Assembly: GCA_034530615.2 (NCBI GenBank)
Contig: JAVRCV020000007.1
Location: 106,766 to 170,765, forward strand
DNA length: 64,000 bases
Source of the DNA: Aulosira sp. ZfuVER01
Lineage (GTDB): Bacteria; Cyanobacteriota; Cyanobacteriia; Cyanobacteriales; Nostocaceae
Direction: 5' to 3'
Position numbers and translations under genes: made by a program. Below are positions 42,879 through 52,434 of the stretch, in pieces (positions within the stretch are counted from its first letter, which is position 1; every line of letters starts with the position of its first letter). Below the pieces are notes generated by a model. It saw only the letters and a program-made list of their open reading frames with translations, did no database searches and was not told where the DNA came from.

Positions 42879-43535
42879 CTATCCTTCTACTTTCTCAAAA
42901 GCTTTCTTCACCCAATACCCTCTAGGCGGCTTTTCTATACCATAAGCCTTACACCACTTCTCTACAGCTTTATCAGATACACCAAAATCTCTACCGATTT
43001 GCGCTGTAGGTTTTTCCCACACCAATTTTTCTAATTTTTCTTTTGATGGCCTTTCTACCTTTCTGGTGTGAATTCTGGAGTCTGGATTAACTTTCCTAGT
43101 TGTTAAATCAACTCCAAATTCCTTGTAAGTTCGCTTGGGCGCTTCTTGAGTAAAGTTTGTAAAATCTTCCCACCAGTAAAACGGTGTAGCTGAATTAGGT
43201 ATTTGAGTAGTGATGTAGCAACCACTAAAGTTAACTGAAGGATAGACAACTTTATCGATATCAGGTAGATAAACAGCATAAAAATCAAAGTCTTCGGCTT
43301 GATATTTTTTCTGATGAGTACCACTCTTATCTACCCAGATAGTCCTATTGATTACTCTATTGTCTCCTGCATATTTAGCTTGTATCTTGTAAAATTTTTC
43401 ATCTTTGTAAGCAACAAAATCAAATGGCAAATGCTCACACACTAGTGGTGTGAGAATTAAATAGCTTTTAACTGTTAGATCTGCGATCGCTTTTATAGCA
43501 GCAATATCACCTTTACTTTTTGTATGATGCAGCAA
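42879..43535 (-). CDS. Group I intron-associated type PD-(D/E)xK endonuclease (I-Ssp6803I-like) with C-terminal HTH
   Basis: TKSKGDIA...PFDFVAY...YKIQAK...DFDFYAVY; tail LEKLVWEKPTAQIGRDFGVSDKAVEKWCK...PPRGYW; TTG start. Confidence 0.8.
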   Translation of the reverse strand: MLHHTKSKGDIAAIKAIADLTVKSYLILTPLVCEHLPFDFVAYKDEKFYKIQAKYAGDNRVINRTIWVDKSGTHQKKYQAEDFDFYAVYLPDIDKVVYPSVNFSGCYITTQIPNSATPFYWWEDFTNFTQEAPKRTYKEFGVDLTTRKVNPDSRIHTRKVERPSKEKLEKLVWEKPTAQIGRDFGVSDKAVEKWCKAYGIEKPPRGYWVKKAFEKVEG

Positions 43536-43603
43536 AACGAACCCTCAACCGATATAATTACTATATCATGTATCTTTGCTTAAGGGTTCGTATTTAATTA
43601 AAA

Positions 43604-43676
43604 CGAGCGCGGCAGGGTTCGAACCTGCGGCCGATTGCTTAGAAGGCAATTGCTCTATCCACTGAGCTACGCGCCC
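43604..43676 (-). tRNA. trnR: tRNA-Arg(UCU)
   Basis: GGGCGCGTAGCTCAGTGGATAGAGCAATTGC-CTTCTAA-GCAATCGGCCGCAGGTTCGAACCCTGCCGCGCTCG; full cloverleaf, 73 nt. Confidence 0.97.
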
Positions 43677-44032
43677 AAGATGATACTGTGGCTCCCAAAA
43701 GAGTCATCTATACAATTATATCGTTTCCCTTAGCAAGAAGCAATTGAAAATTGCAGATTTCCCAGTGGGAAGGCTAAGATGCTAGTCGCTGGTTAGTCAA
43801 TGTACACTAAAAACGAAATAAATGGACTGTTTGTTAGATATATTGTGTGGACAATGGGTTATTTGGGTGTAAGCGTCAATCACCTTTGGGTGGTGTACTG
43901 TAGATTAGCCTCTTGCGATCGCGAGGTAATGGTCTACAGTATGCTAGGTAATCGCACTCTTGGCGATGTTTTCAAATCGGATTATAGATCGCATATCGAG
44001 AACGCCCCTGTGAGGAGTTATTTGCTAGTGCC

Positions 44033-44692
44033 ATGTTTATTCTCAAACGGCAGGATGTAGAAATATCAAGCATTCAGCACCCGAAGCGGGATCAGCCAAT
44101 GCCAGTCCTCCACTATCAGGGGCAAACCTTTCGCTTGATTAGTGTTTTTAAAGCTAGCCAAGAGGAAGAAGCTAGAGCCTTGTGGAGAGAACTAACAGAT
44201 CAACGAGGTAAAGCCTGTGTTTTGCTGGAAGAACCAGACCGCTATAGCGTCTGGGGTAAAATCCGCTTAGAGCAGCTAGGTAGTGACACAGGTGGTCACA
44301 CTAAGACAGGAGTTTTTACCCAAGGCTGTATTTTGCTGCTGCAAGCTGTGTATGTAGACATTGAAGATTTTTTAGGTGCTAGGCAAGCGGCTTTATTTGA
44401 GAAAGATATTGCCGAAGTATTGCGGCAGAAGCAACTTCCGCAAGCGTCTACACCAGAAGCAGTCAAATACTTGCTCAAACAAGACCCACTCGATACAACT
44501 AGCCTGCCTCCTTGGCAAGAAAATCACATAATTATCTTTTTACAAGAACTCCACAGGCTAGGAAAAACTTATTTTGGCAATGCCAAATTCGCCCATCCAG
44601 TGGTCGATCGGTTACAAGATATGCCTGATGGAGAGCGATCGCTGTTTATCACTTGGCTAAATCAATCTCCAATGAGTAAACTGTGGCAATAG
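44033..44692 (+). CDS. Conserved cyanobacterial hypothetical protein (Npun_F0813-like)
   Basis: MFILKRQDVEI...GQTFRLISVF...GKACVLLEEP; family name from recollection. Confidence 0.7.
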   Translation: MFILKRQDVEISSIQHPKRDQPMPVLHYQGQTFRLISVFKASQEEEARALWRELTDQRGKACVLLEEPDRYSVWGKIRLEQLGSDTGGHTKTGVFTQGCILLLQAVYVDIEDFLGARQAALFEKDIAEVLRQKQLPQASTPEAVKYLLKQDPLDTTSLPPWQENHIIIFLQELHRLGKTYFGNAKFAHPVVDRLQDMPDGERSLFITWLNQSPMSKLWQ

Positions 44693-44855
44693 CATAGACA
44701 GAGTGGGAAAAACTGTTGCCACGGATAGTTGCTTTTGGCATCTGATTGTGTATTGTTTGGCAGAGCAATTGACTAGTTGGTTTTCAGATAAACTGCTTCC
44801 CACACAGTCATGCACGTCAAAATACTGCCAAAGTGCGTTTACATAGTCAAGCCTT

Positions 44856-45713
44856 ATGAGTAGTTCATACGAAAAATCCTACAGTTCTAAATCTATTTTC
44901 ACAACAGGGAACATCGTCTTGCTTGGCATTGGCTGGGCTGTACTGGCACTGCTATACTTTTTATTGTTTAGCGCTAAAGTGCCAGGGCCAGATGGTGTAG
45001 AAAGTCGTGCCGAGTGGTATGTAATTGGTACAAATATTTTTGAAGCCGTAGCTTACCTGGGTGCCAGTATCTTATGCTTGAGGAATTGGCGTAGTCCACA
45101 AATCGTCAGTGGTCGAAATGTTTGGCTCGCCATCGGCATAGGTATGGTGTCTTATTTCCTAGGGGGGATATTTTTCGGTTATACGGAAATAATCTTAAAA
45201 GAAGAACCGGATGTTTCTATTGGCGATGTGTTTTTTGTAATAAATTATCTGTTTGTTGGTGTAGGCATGATTTTGGCAGCGGCTCATAGGCGAATCAATC
45301 TCGAAAAATGGCAATGGCTAATTGTTTTAGCAATTGGCGTGTTTGGTAGTTTGTTAGCCTGGTGGATTTCGCTGCAACAGACAAAATCTTTAGATTTGCT
45401 AGGCACTGTTTTGAATTGGTTTTATGTCGTTAGCGATGTAGCTATTTTAATTATTGCCACTACTTTGCTATTAGCCTTTTGGGGAGGCAGAGTTGCCCAA
45501 TCTTGGAGAATGATTGCAGCCGCAGCGTTTTCGCTCTACATTGCAGATATGTGGTTTAAATACGCCACCAATTCGATTCCCAATTATCAAAGTGGAGAGA
45601 TGCTAGAAGTGTTTTGGGTTTGGAGTGGAGTTTTATTTGGTATGGGCGCTGTTTTGGAATATGACGCATCATTGAGCCGATCGCGGCGGGAGCGAGGAAA
45701 AAAACGAGCTTAG
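44856..45713 (+). CDS. Multi-pass hypothetical membrane protein
   Basis: About eight hydrophobic segments. Confidence 0.75.
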   Translation: MSSSYEKSYSSKSIFTTGNIVLLGIGWAVLALLYFLLFSAKVPGPDGVESRAEWYVIGTNIFEAVAYLGASILCLRNWRSPQIVSGRNVWLAIGIGMVSYFLGGIFFGYTEIILKEEPDVSIGDVFFVINYLFVGVGMILAAAHRRINLEKWQWLIVLAIGVFGSLLAWWISLQQTKSLDLLGTVLNWFYVVSDVAILIIATTLLLAFWGGRVAQSWRMIAAAAFSLYIADMWFKYATNSIPNYQSGEMLEVFWVWSGVLFGMGAVLEYDASLSRSRRERGKKRA

Positions 45714-45722
45714 AAAAGATTT

Positions 45723-46814
45723 TTGGTATCTACCGTGAGAAAATTAACTGATTCTGACAAACAAGAAATTCTGAAACTATATCGAGAAACTGCCGAAACC
45801 ACCTCAACTTTGGCGGAACGCTATGACGTTAGTAACTCGACAATTAGCCGTCTGCTGAAAAGTACTTTGCCAGAAGACGAGTACGAGTACCTTGTTTCCT
45901 TAAAACGTGCGGCAAGAACTCCCGAAGGCAGGGCACAGGTAAACTATGAGCAGTTACCGCTGTTGAGTCAGCCACAGCCAGAAAAAGAAATTAAGAGCAA
46001 AGACAACCTTCCCTTAAAGTTGTCTGAGGTTGAGCCAGAGGAAGTAGTAGCAGAATCTCCAGAAGAAGATGGTAGGGAAACCCCCGCTATCAGACGGGTG
46101 CGGCGGCGCTCTTCAGCGGAGGCAAAACCGACGAAGCCGACCGCAGCAGAGCAACTGGAAATTTTACCCAAAAAACAACCCGAAGCGCCAATCATCCCCA
46201 GTCCGAAACTGCCAGAAATAGTCAGTCTTCCTAGTCCCAAGCCACCGGAAGTCGCCAGCATTCCTAGTCCCAAGCGGCCAGAAATTGCTAGCATTTCTAC
46301 TCCCTTGTTGGATGATGAGCGTTCACAAGCAAACGTTTTTGCCCAAATGCTAGGTGAAGACTTGCTAGATGAGTCAGAGGATTTGGATGACTTAGAGGAC
46401 GATTTAGACGAAGAGGATGACTTTGAGGATGAGGATGAGGAAGATGATTTTGAGGAACAAAGACCTCTAGTTACAAGACGCAGACCCGGTGAAGCACCAG
46501 TTCAGGTGTTGCCATTGTCGTCAGCGCACTTGCCCAAAACTTGCTATTTGGTCATTGACAGATCCTCAGAATTAATTACTCGACCGCTGAGAGACTTTGG
46601 TGATTTGGGGCAAATTCCCAGCTTGGAAACTCAGCAAAGAACTCTACCAGTGTTCGATAACCACCGCGTAGCCAAGCGCTTTTCTACCAAGCGCGATCGC
46701 GTGATTAAAGTGCCTGATAGTAAAATGCTGCAAAAGGCTCGGACTCATCTGCAAGCTAAAGGCATTACCCGACTGTTGATCGATGGTCAGGTATATTCCT
46801 TATCTCCAGTTTAG
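45723..46814 (+). CDS. N-terminal HTH protein with Pro-rich repeats and acidic linker
   Basis: TTSTLAERYDVSNSTISRLLK HTH; D/E tract; C-terminal LPVFDNHRVAKRF. Start may be GTG 45735. Confidence 0.75.
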   Translation: MVSTVRKLTDSDKQEILKLYRETAETTSTLAERYDVSNSTISRLLKSTLPEDEYEYLVSLKRAARTPEGRAQVNYEQLPLLSQPQPEKEIKSKDNLPLKLSEVEPEEVVAESPEEDGRETPAIRRVRRRSSAEAKPTKPTAAEQLEILPKKQPEAPIIPSPKLPEIVSLPSPKPPEVASIPSPKRPEIASISTPLLDDERSQANVFAQMLGEDLLDESEDLDDLEDDLDEEDDFEDEDEEDDFEEQRPLVTRRRPGEAPVQVLPLSSAHLPKTCYLVIDRSSELITRPLRDFGDLGQIPSLETQQRTLPVFDNHRVAKRFSTKRDRVIKVPDSKMLQKARTHLQAKGITRLLIDGQVYSLSPV

Positions 46815-46819
46815 ATTTT

Positions 46820-47152
46820 ATGGAAACACCTACTGGCTATGGTGTGGTATTGACGACTGCTGGCAATATCCAAGAGGCAAAAGCGATCGCAAATGCCCTT
46901 GTGGAAGCTAAACTCGCTGCTTGTGTGAGTATGTTCCCCATCCACTCGGTTTACACCTGGGAAGGGGAAATAAATGCAGAGGATGAATGGCAGTTGTTAA
47001 TTAAAACTGATTTGGTACAATTTCCGACTGTTGAAGCCAAAATCCGGGAAATGCACTCCTATGTGGTGCCAGAAGTCATTGCTCTACCAATTCTTACAGG
47101 TTCTCAACCCTACTTGCACTGGATTTCTGAACAGGTAAAGGGTGAGAGGTAG
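46820..47152 (+). CDS. cutA: Divalent-cation tolerance protein CutA
   Basis: LVEAKLAACV, SVYTWEG, HSYVVPEVIALP. Confidence 0.95.
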   Translation: METPTGYGVVLTTAGNIQEAKAIANALVEAKLAACVSMFPIHSVYTWEGEINAEDEWQLLIKTDLVQFPTVEAKIREMHSYVVPEVIALPILTGSQPYLHWISEQVKGER

Positions 47153-47170
47153 GCAATTCCTCAAAATTAC

Positions 47171-47211
47171 TAGCCCCATCTTCCTATTTCCCTAGGAGAT
47201 GGGGTTATTTT
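47171..47211. terminator. Bidirectional terminator between convergent genes
   Basis: TAGCCCCATCT...AGATGGGGTTA then a T-run. Confidence 0.7.
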
Positions 47212-47225
47212 GTCACATCGACCAA

Positions 47226-48167
47226 TTAGCTATAAACAGCAACGGCAAAACGAGTTGCCAAGTTAATAATGTCTTGTTTGCGGGCAATTTGGTTAATCCA
47301 TTCTTGGGGAATATTCTCCACCCCGTAATAAATTCCTGCTAATCCACCAGTGACGGCGGCGGTAGTATCCGTATCTCCACCTAAATTTACAGCTTTCAAC
47401 ACTGCTTCAGAGTAAGATGAGCTATTTAACAAGCACCACAGCGATGCCTCTAGGGTATCAATCACATAGCCACCAGAATTAATCTCTTCTACTGGTAGCT
47501 TACCGACTTCACCACTGTAGATTCTGGCAAAATGGAGTTTTTCTAACAAATATTCCCGCACAGAATAAATTGTTTGAATTTTGTCTAAACTTTGTAAATA
47601 AGCTGTTTGAGGATCAGCTCCTTCTAGCAAGGCAGCGGCGATTGTAATATAAATGCCACAGGCCATTTGCGATCGCGCATGGGCATGAGTAATTGCAGAA
47701 ACATCATGTACCCGTGCCATTAATTCGCTAAAACTTAAGCTTTTGTGATAATAAGCCATTGGCAAGATTCTCATCAACGAACCATTACCATTGGTATTTT
47801 CAATTTTTCCACCTGCTTCTCGGGGTAAAATACCCTGTTTCAGGCGCATAATCGCTGCATGGGTGGTATTGCCAATATCAAATAGTTCACCACGGGGAGT
47901 CCAGTAAGCAGCTTTGTACCAGCGCCAAAAGGAATTGGCTATAGCATCTAACGAATAGCCTCTACAAAGACTCTCTGCCAAGCAAAACGTCAACGAACTA
48001 TCATCTGACCAAGTTCCTGGTGGTTGATTCCATGTGCCATAACCCAACATCTTTGTTACTGGAGATTTCACTCGTTCAGCGCGGCTAGTAAACTCCACTG
48101 GCACACCCAACGCATCACCAATGCATAAACCCATCAATCCAGACAACGTTTTTGCAGCGGTTAGCAT
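47226..48167 (-). CDS. ADP-ribosylglycohydrolase (DraG family)
   Basis: GDALGVPVEF, WSDDS, GNGSLMR, THAH, GGDTDT. Confidence 0.93.
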   Translation of the reverse strand: MLTAAKTLSGLMGLCIGDALGVPVEFTSRAERVKSPVTKMLGYGTWNQPPGTWSDDSSLTFCLAESLCRGYSLDAIANSFWRWYKAAYWTPRGELFDIGNTTHAAIMRLKQGILPREAGGKIENTNGNGSLMRILPMAYYHKSLSFSELMARVHDVSAITHAHARSQMACGIYITIAAALLEGADPQTAYLQSLDKIQTIYSVREYLLEKLHFARIYSGEVGKLPVEEINSGGYVIDTLEASLWCLLNSSSYSEAVLKAVNLGGDTDTTAAVTGGLAGIYYGVENIPQEWINQIARKQDIINLATRFAVAVYS

Positions 48168-48698
48168 TATTCAGTCTCCATAGAAGTCCCTAAAAGTTAA
48201 CTTTATAGATTCCCTCTAGAGCTTATTGCAATAGCTGCTACAACCTACTGTTTTATCCAGGGTAGAAATATTTTCAGCATGAGATTTATAGATGATTTTC
48301 TCTTACCCAGATCGGCTAATTTTTCTTACTATTTATTGTGCCAGTTTAAAAAGCGTCTACCTCGAGAAAAAAATTCCAAATGACACAATAATAGTGCGTA
48401 ACTATAGCACTTCTATATTAAAGCTTAGATTGCTGCAAAGCTTGTCAGTTGTAAACATTAATAATTTAGTAAAAATATTTATCCGCAAGGGAACTCTTGA
48501 TTTTATTAGTAGTCAGTGGTCAGCAGCCAAGAAATATATGACAAAAGTCATGAGTCAATACACCAAATCCTTGCAACAACTAAGCAATAAAAAATGACAC
48601 AGAAATCGCGGTAAAAATTGTCAATTAAATAGGAACATTTTTTCCACGTTTTCGACTTGTAATTTAACAGCAAAAAAATACAATATTTGGTGAAGATT

Positions 48699-49235
48699 AT
48701 GAAAGGTTTTCTCAAGTCTCTTCTTACAATTTCTGCATTGTCTTCTTTAGTAGTTGCTCCTCTGTTGTTGAATGCTGGTCAAGCTTCTGCTGAAACACAA
48801 AATGGTACTGATGCTAGCTATATTGGTGCAGGTGTTGCCGCTGGCGTGACTAATGGCGGACAACTCGGTCAAGATGCTCAATTTGGTGGTAATTTAACAG
48901 GTCGTTTAAAATTAGGCCCCACTCCATTTTCAGCACGTACTCAAGTCCTGTTTACCGATCAGACGACTGCTATCATCCCCCAAGTTTCCGTAGACGCACC
49001 AATTGCTAAGGGAACTAACGTCTTTTTAGGTGCTGGTTACTCTTTTGTGGAAGCCAATGGTAAACAATCTCCCCTAGGCGATCGAGATGGCGTAGCGCTA
49101 ACTGCTGGTGTGGAATCTGAAGTGTCCAAAAACTTCCTTGTCTACAGCAATGCCACTTTGGGTATGAAAACATATCAAAATAGCCCTGCTTCGGCTGTCA
49201 GCATTCAAGGTGGTCTCGGTTATCGCTTTAGATAA
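48699..49235 (+). CDS. Small outer-membrane beta-barrel protein
   Basis: Signal peptide (QASA), alternating beta strands, terminal GLGYRF. Confidence 0.75.
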   Translation: MKGFLKSLLTISALSSLVVAPLLLNAGQASAETQNGTDASYIGAGVAAGVTNGGQLGQDAQFGGNLTGRLKLGPTPFSARTQVLFTDQTTAIIPQVSVDAPIAKGTNVFLGAGYSFVEANGKQSPLGDRDGVALTAGVESEVSKNFLVYSNATLGMKTYQNSPASAVSIQGGLGYRFR

Positions 49236-49539
49236 AGCTATTCATTAACGCAGCGCACAGACTCGCAGGGAATAGGGAATAGGTATTCTTAATAGTGGCA
49301 AGGGAAGTCAGCTGTTTGTTCTAAAGTTCAAGATGTCATAGTTTGGCACAACCATATATACTGGTATGCTGGTTTTGTTAAGTGTTGCATCACTAACAAA
49401 GCCGGCTTTTGCCGTGTTAAAATTAAAATATTCCTCATAATTCCGACCGGATTTCCGGGGATCATCTAGCCGAATAGCGCTTTGAAATTTGCAGCTTCGG
49501 CGTCTACTGATGCCTTATTGAGAAAAGTCTACAACTCTA

Positions 49540-51555
49540 ATGGTTAAATCTCCTCCTTCCCCGATTGCCAGCCGTAAGCCTTCCAAAGTAGAAGGAATCA
49601 AGGAAAACAGTAATTTTTTGCGTGAACCCGTAGCCACCGAGATACTTCAGGATACTACTCACTTTAGTGAAAATGCAGTGCAGTTGCTGAAGTTTCATGG
49701 ATCTTATCAGCAAGATAACCGTGATAATCGCACCAAGGGGCAGGAGAAAGATTACCAGTTTATGCTGCGGACGAAAAACCCTGGTGGATTAGTACCGCCG
49801 CAGCTGTATCTTGCTTTAGATAAGCTGGCTGATGAATATGGAAACCACACATTGCGGGCAACTACCCGTCAAGGATTTCAGCTACACGGGATTTTAAAGA
49901 AAAATCTCAAGGCTGCGATCGCTTCCATCGTCAACAACCTGGGTTCTACCTTGGGCGCTTGTGGCGATGTCAACCGTAATGTCATGGCTCCCCCAGTACC
50001 CTGGAAGAATCGCCCAGAATATCAGTACGCTTGGGAATATGCTCAAAATATTGCTGATTTGCTGTCACCCCAAACTGGTGCTTATTACGAAATTTGGCTA
50101 GATGGCGAAAAAGCAATTAGCGCAGAGGAAAGCCCAGAGGTAAAAGCAGCGCGACAAAGCGATAGTAATGGGACACTAATCAACAATTCCGAAGAACCCC
50201 TCTATGGCACTTACTATATGCCCCGCAAGTTTAAAGCTTGTGTAACAGTGCCTGGGGATAATTCCATTGATTTATATTCCCAAGACCTGACTTTAGTAGT
50301 AATTACCAATAAGAAAGGCAAACTAGAAGGATTTAACGTGTTTGCTGGTGGTGGTTTGGGACGGACACACAATAAAGAAGAAACCTTCGCCAGAATTGCA
50401 GATCCCATTGGCTATGTGGACAAAGATGATGTTTACGACATCGTCAAAGCAATAGTTGCCACCCAGAGAGATTATGGCGATCGCACTGACCGCCGCCACG
50501 CTAGATTAAAATATTTAATTCACGATTGGGGCGTAGATAAGTTCCGCGCTAAGGTCGAAGAATATTTTGGCAAAGCGATCGCCCCCTTTAAAAAACTGCC
50601 AGAATTCAAATATTATGACTTTCTGGGATGGCAGGAACAAGGTGATGGCAAGCTGTTCTTGGGTATCTCCATCGATAACGGCCGGGTAAAAGACGAAGGT
50701 TCGTTTCAACTAAAAACCGCCTTACGGGAAATTGTTGAGCAATTTAACTTGCCCATCCGCCTCACACCCAACCAAAACCTGCTTTTTTACGAAATTGCAC
50801 CAGAAGATAAACCCGCGATTCAAGAAATTCTCGACCGTTGTGGCATTGTCTCAGACCCCAGCCAAATTGCACCTTTAGAAAGGCTATCAATGGCTTGTCC
50901 GGCTTTACCAACTTGCGGTTTAGCAATCACTGAATCAGAACGGGCAATCCCAGGCATTTTAGAACGGATTACCAAAGTTTTAGATAAAGTTGGTTTACAA
51001 AATGAGCAGTTTGTGGTGAGAATGACAGGCTGTCCTAATGGCTGCGCTCGTCCTTACATGGCTGAATTAGGTTTTGTGGGGAGTGCGCCGGAAAGTTATC
51101 AAGTATGGTTAGGCGGTTCGCCAAATCAGACACGGTTAGCACAGCCTTACATGGAACGGCTGCACCATAACGACTTGGAAACCCAGCTAGAACCGATTTT
51201 CGTTTACTTTAAGCAGTCAAGAAAATCTGAAGAAAGCTTTGGCGATTTTTGCGATCGCGTCGGTTTTGATGCCATCCGCGAATTTGCTGCTAATTACACA
51301 GATCAAACCGTTGCAGCGACAGTTACAGACGATAGCGATGGTTTAGTTGAGGCAATAGCAGACTCAAGAACCGTAGAAAGTGACGGACAAGAAGTGGCGA
51401 TCTCCAATACGACTATCGCCACCTATAAAACCCGCCGTCGTGTAAGCCTGCAACATGAGATTTATGACAAGCTCAAAGCTGCTGCAAGCAGTCAAGGTAA
51501 GCCGATGACGGACTTGGTAAATGAGGCGCTGGAGGCTTATTTACAGAATCTCTAG
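49540..51555 (+). CDS. sir: Ferredoxin-dependent sulfite reductase
   Basis: [37 protein letters not shown]. Confidence 0.97.
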   Translation: MVKSPPSPIASRKPSKVEGIKENSNFLREPVATEILQDTTHFSENAVQLLKFHGSYQQDNRDNRTKGQEKDYQFMLRTKNPGGLVPPQLYLALDKLADEYGNHTLRATTRQGFQLHGILKKNLKAAIASIVNNLGSTLGACGDVNRNVMAPPVPWKNRPEYQYAWEYAQNIADLLSPQTGAYYEIWLDGEKAISAEESPEVKAARQSDSNGTLINNSEEPLYGTYYMPRKFKACVTVPGDNSIDLYSQDLTLVVITNKKGKLEGFNVFAGGGLGRTHNKEETFARIADPIGYVDKDDVYDIVKAIVATQRDYGDRTDRRHARLKYLIHDWGVDKFRAKVEEYFGKAIAPFKKLPEFKYYDFLGWQEQGDGKLFLGISIDNGRVKDEGSFQLKTALREIVEQFNLPIRLTPNQNLLFYEIAPEDKPAIQEILDRCGIVSDPSQIAPLERLSMACPALPTCGLAITESERAIPGILERITKVLDKVGLQNEQFVVRMTGCPNGCARPYMAELGFVGSAPESYQVWLGGSPNQTRLAQPYMERLHHNDLETQLEPIFVYFKQSRKSEESFGDFCDRVGFDAIREFAANYTDQTVAATVTDDSDGLVEAIADSRTVESDGQEVAISNTTIATYKTRRRVSLQHEIYDKLKAAASSQGKPMTDLVNEALEAYLQNL

Positions 51556-51580
51556 TTAGAAATTTCAACCGCCGATAAAC

Positions 51581-51625
51581 GAGCCAGTGCGTTGGGCGGC
51601 TTCGCCGACTTGAAGCAACTGGTGT
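51581..51625. repeat. Small dispersed hairpin element nested in a GCCGAT(A/G)AAC tandem repeat
   Basis: GAGCCAGTGC...GGCG-GCTT-CGCC...GCAACTGGTGT interrupts GCCGATAAAC|GCCGATGAAC-GCTGAT. Confidence 0.6.
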
Positions 51626-51674
51626 GCCGATGAACGCTGATAATTTATCAGTATCATCGGCGTTTTATAATCTC

Positions 51675-52382
51675 ATGACTCAACTACAACGAATTGCGAT
51701 CGCACCTTCTCAACTCCAACAAAGGCAAATTTTACTCACCAAAGAGCAACAACATTACCTAGCGCGTGTGTTGCGTTTGCGTGAAGGCGATCGCTTTATT
51801 GCTATGGATGGTAGGGGTAAATGGTGGTTGACGCAGTTAGTAGGGGAGCAAGGGCAGGTATTAGAAGCTTTGGTGGTGGAAACTGAGTTACCTGTATCAA
51901 TTACGCTGATGGTAGCTTTACCCAAAGGTAATGGCTTTGATGACATAGTGCGCTGCTGTACAGAGTTGGGAGTAACTACTATTGCCCCAGTATTGAGCGA
52001 TCGCACTCTGCTGCAACCTAGCCCCCAAAAACTCGAACGCTGGCGGCGGATTGCGGCGGAAGCGGCTGAACAATCGGAACGGGCTTTTGTACCGACAATT
52101 TTAGAACCTGTAGCTTTTAGCGATAGTTTGTCATTGGACAACAGCCACAAATATATCTGTGAAGCCCGTGGTAATTTCCCACATCTCAAAAATTGCTTAC
52201 CACACCAAGAACAAGGAACAATTGTTATCGCCACAGGCCCAGAGGGAGGGTGGACGCAGCAAGAAATTGATAGTGCGATCGCGGCGGGATTTCAAGCCGT
52301 TTCCCTTGGTCGGCGCATCCTACGAGCAGTGACAGCGCCAATAGTAGCTTTATCACTAGTTTCCGCAGCTTGTGAAGTATAA
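51675..52382 (+). CDS. rsmE: 16S rRNA m3U1498 methyltransferase RsmE
   Basis: HYLARVLRLREGD, TELGV, AAEQSER, GPEGG, LGRRILRAVTA. Confidence 0.95.
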   Translation: MTQLQRIAIAPSQLQQRQILLTKEQQHYLARVLRLREGDRFIAMDGRGKWWLTQLVGEQGQVLEALVVETELPVSITLMVALPKGNGFDDIVRCCTELGVTTIAPVLSDRTLLQPSPQKLERWRRIAAEAAEQSERAFVPTILEPVAFSDSLSLDNSHKYICEARGNFPHLKNCLPHQEQGTIVIATGPEGGWTQQEIDSAIAAGFQAVSLGRRILRAVTAPIVALSLVSAACEV

Positions 52383-52434
52383 ATGATGTATATCTCGCGC
52401 CTTTGTGTGAGACATTCTGACTGCGGTAAATAAA

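Noticed and set aside
45723..46814. Transposase (suggested by the N-terminal HTH)
   Set aside because: No DDE or HUH motifs, no terminal repeats, and it sits tightly within an operon ending in cutA.
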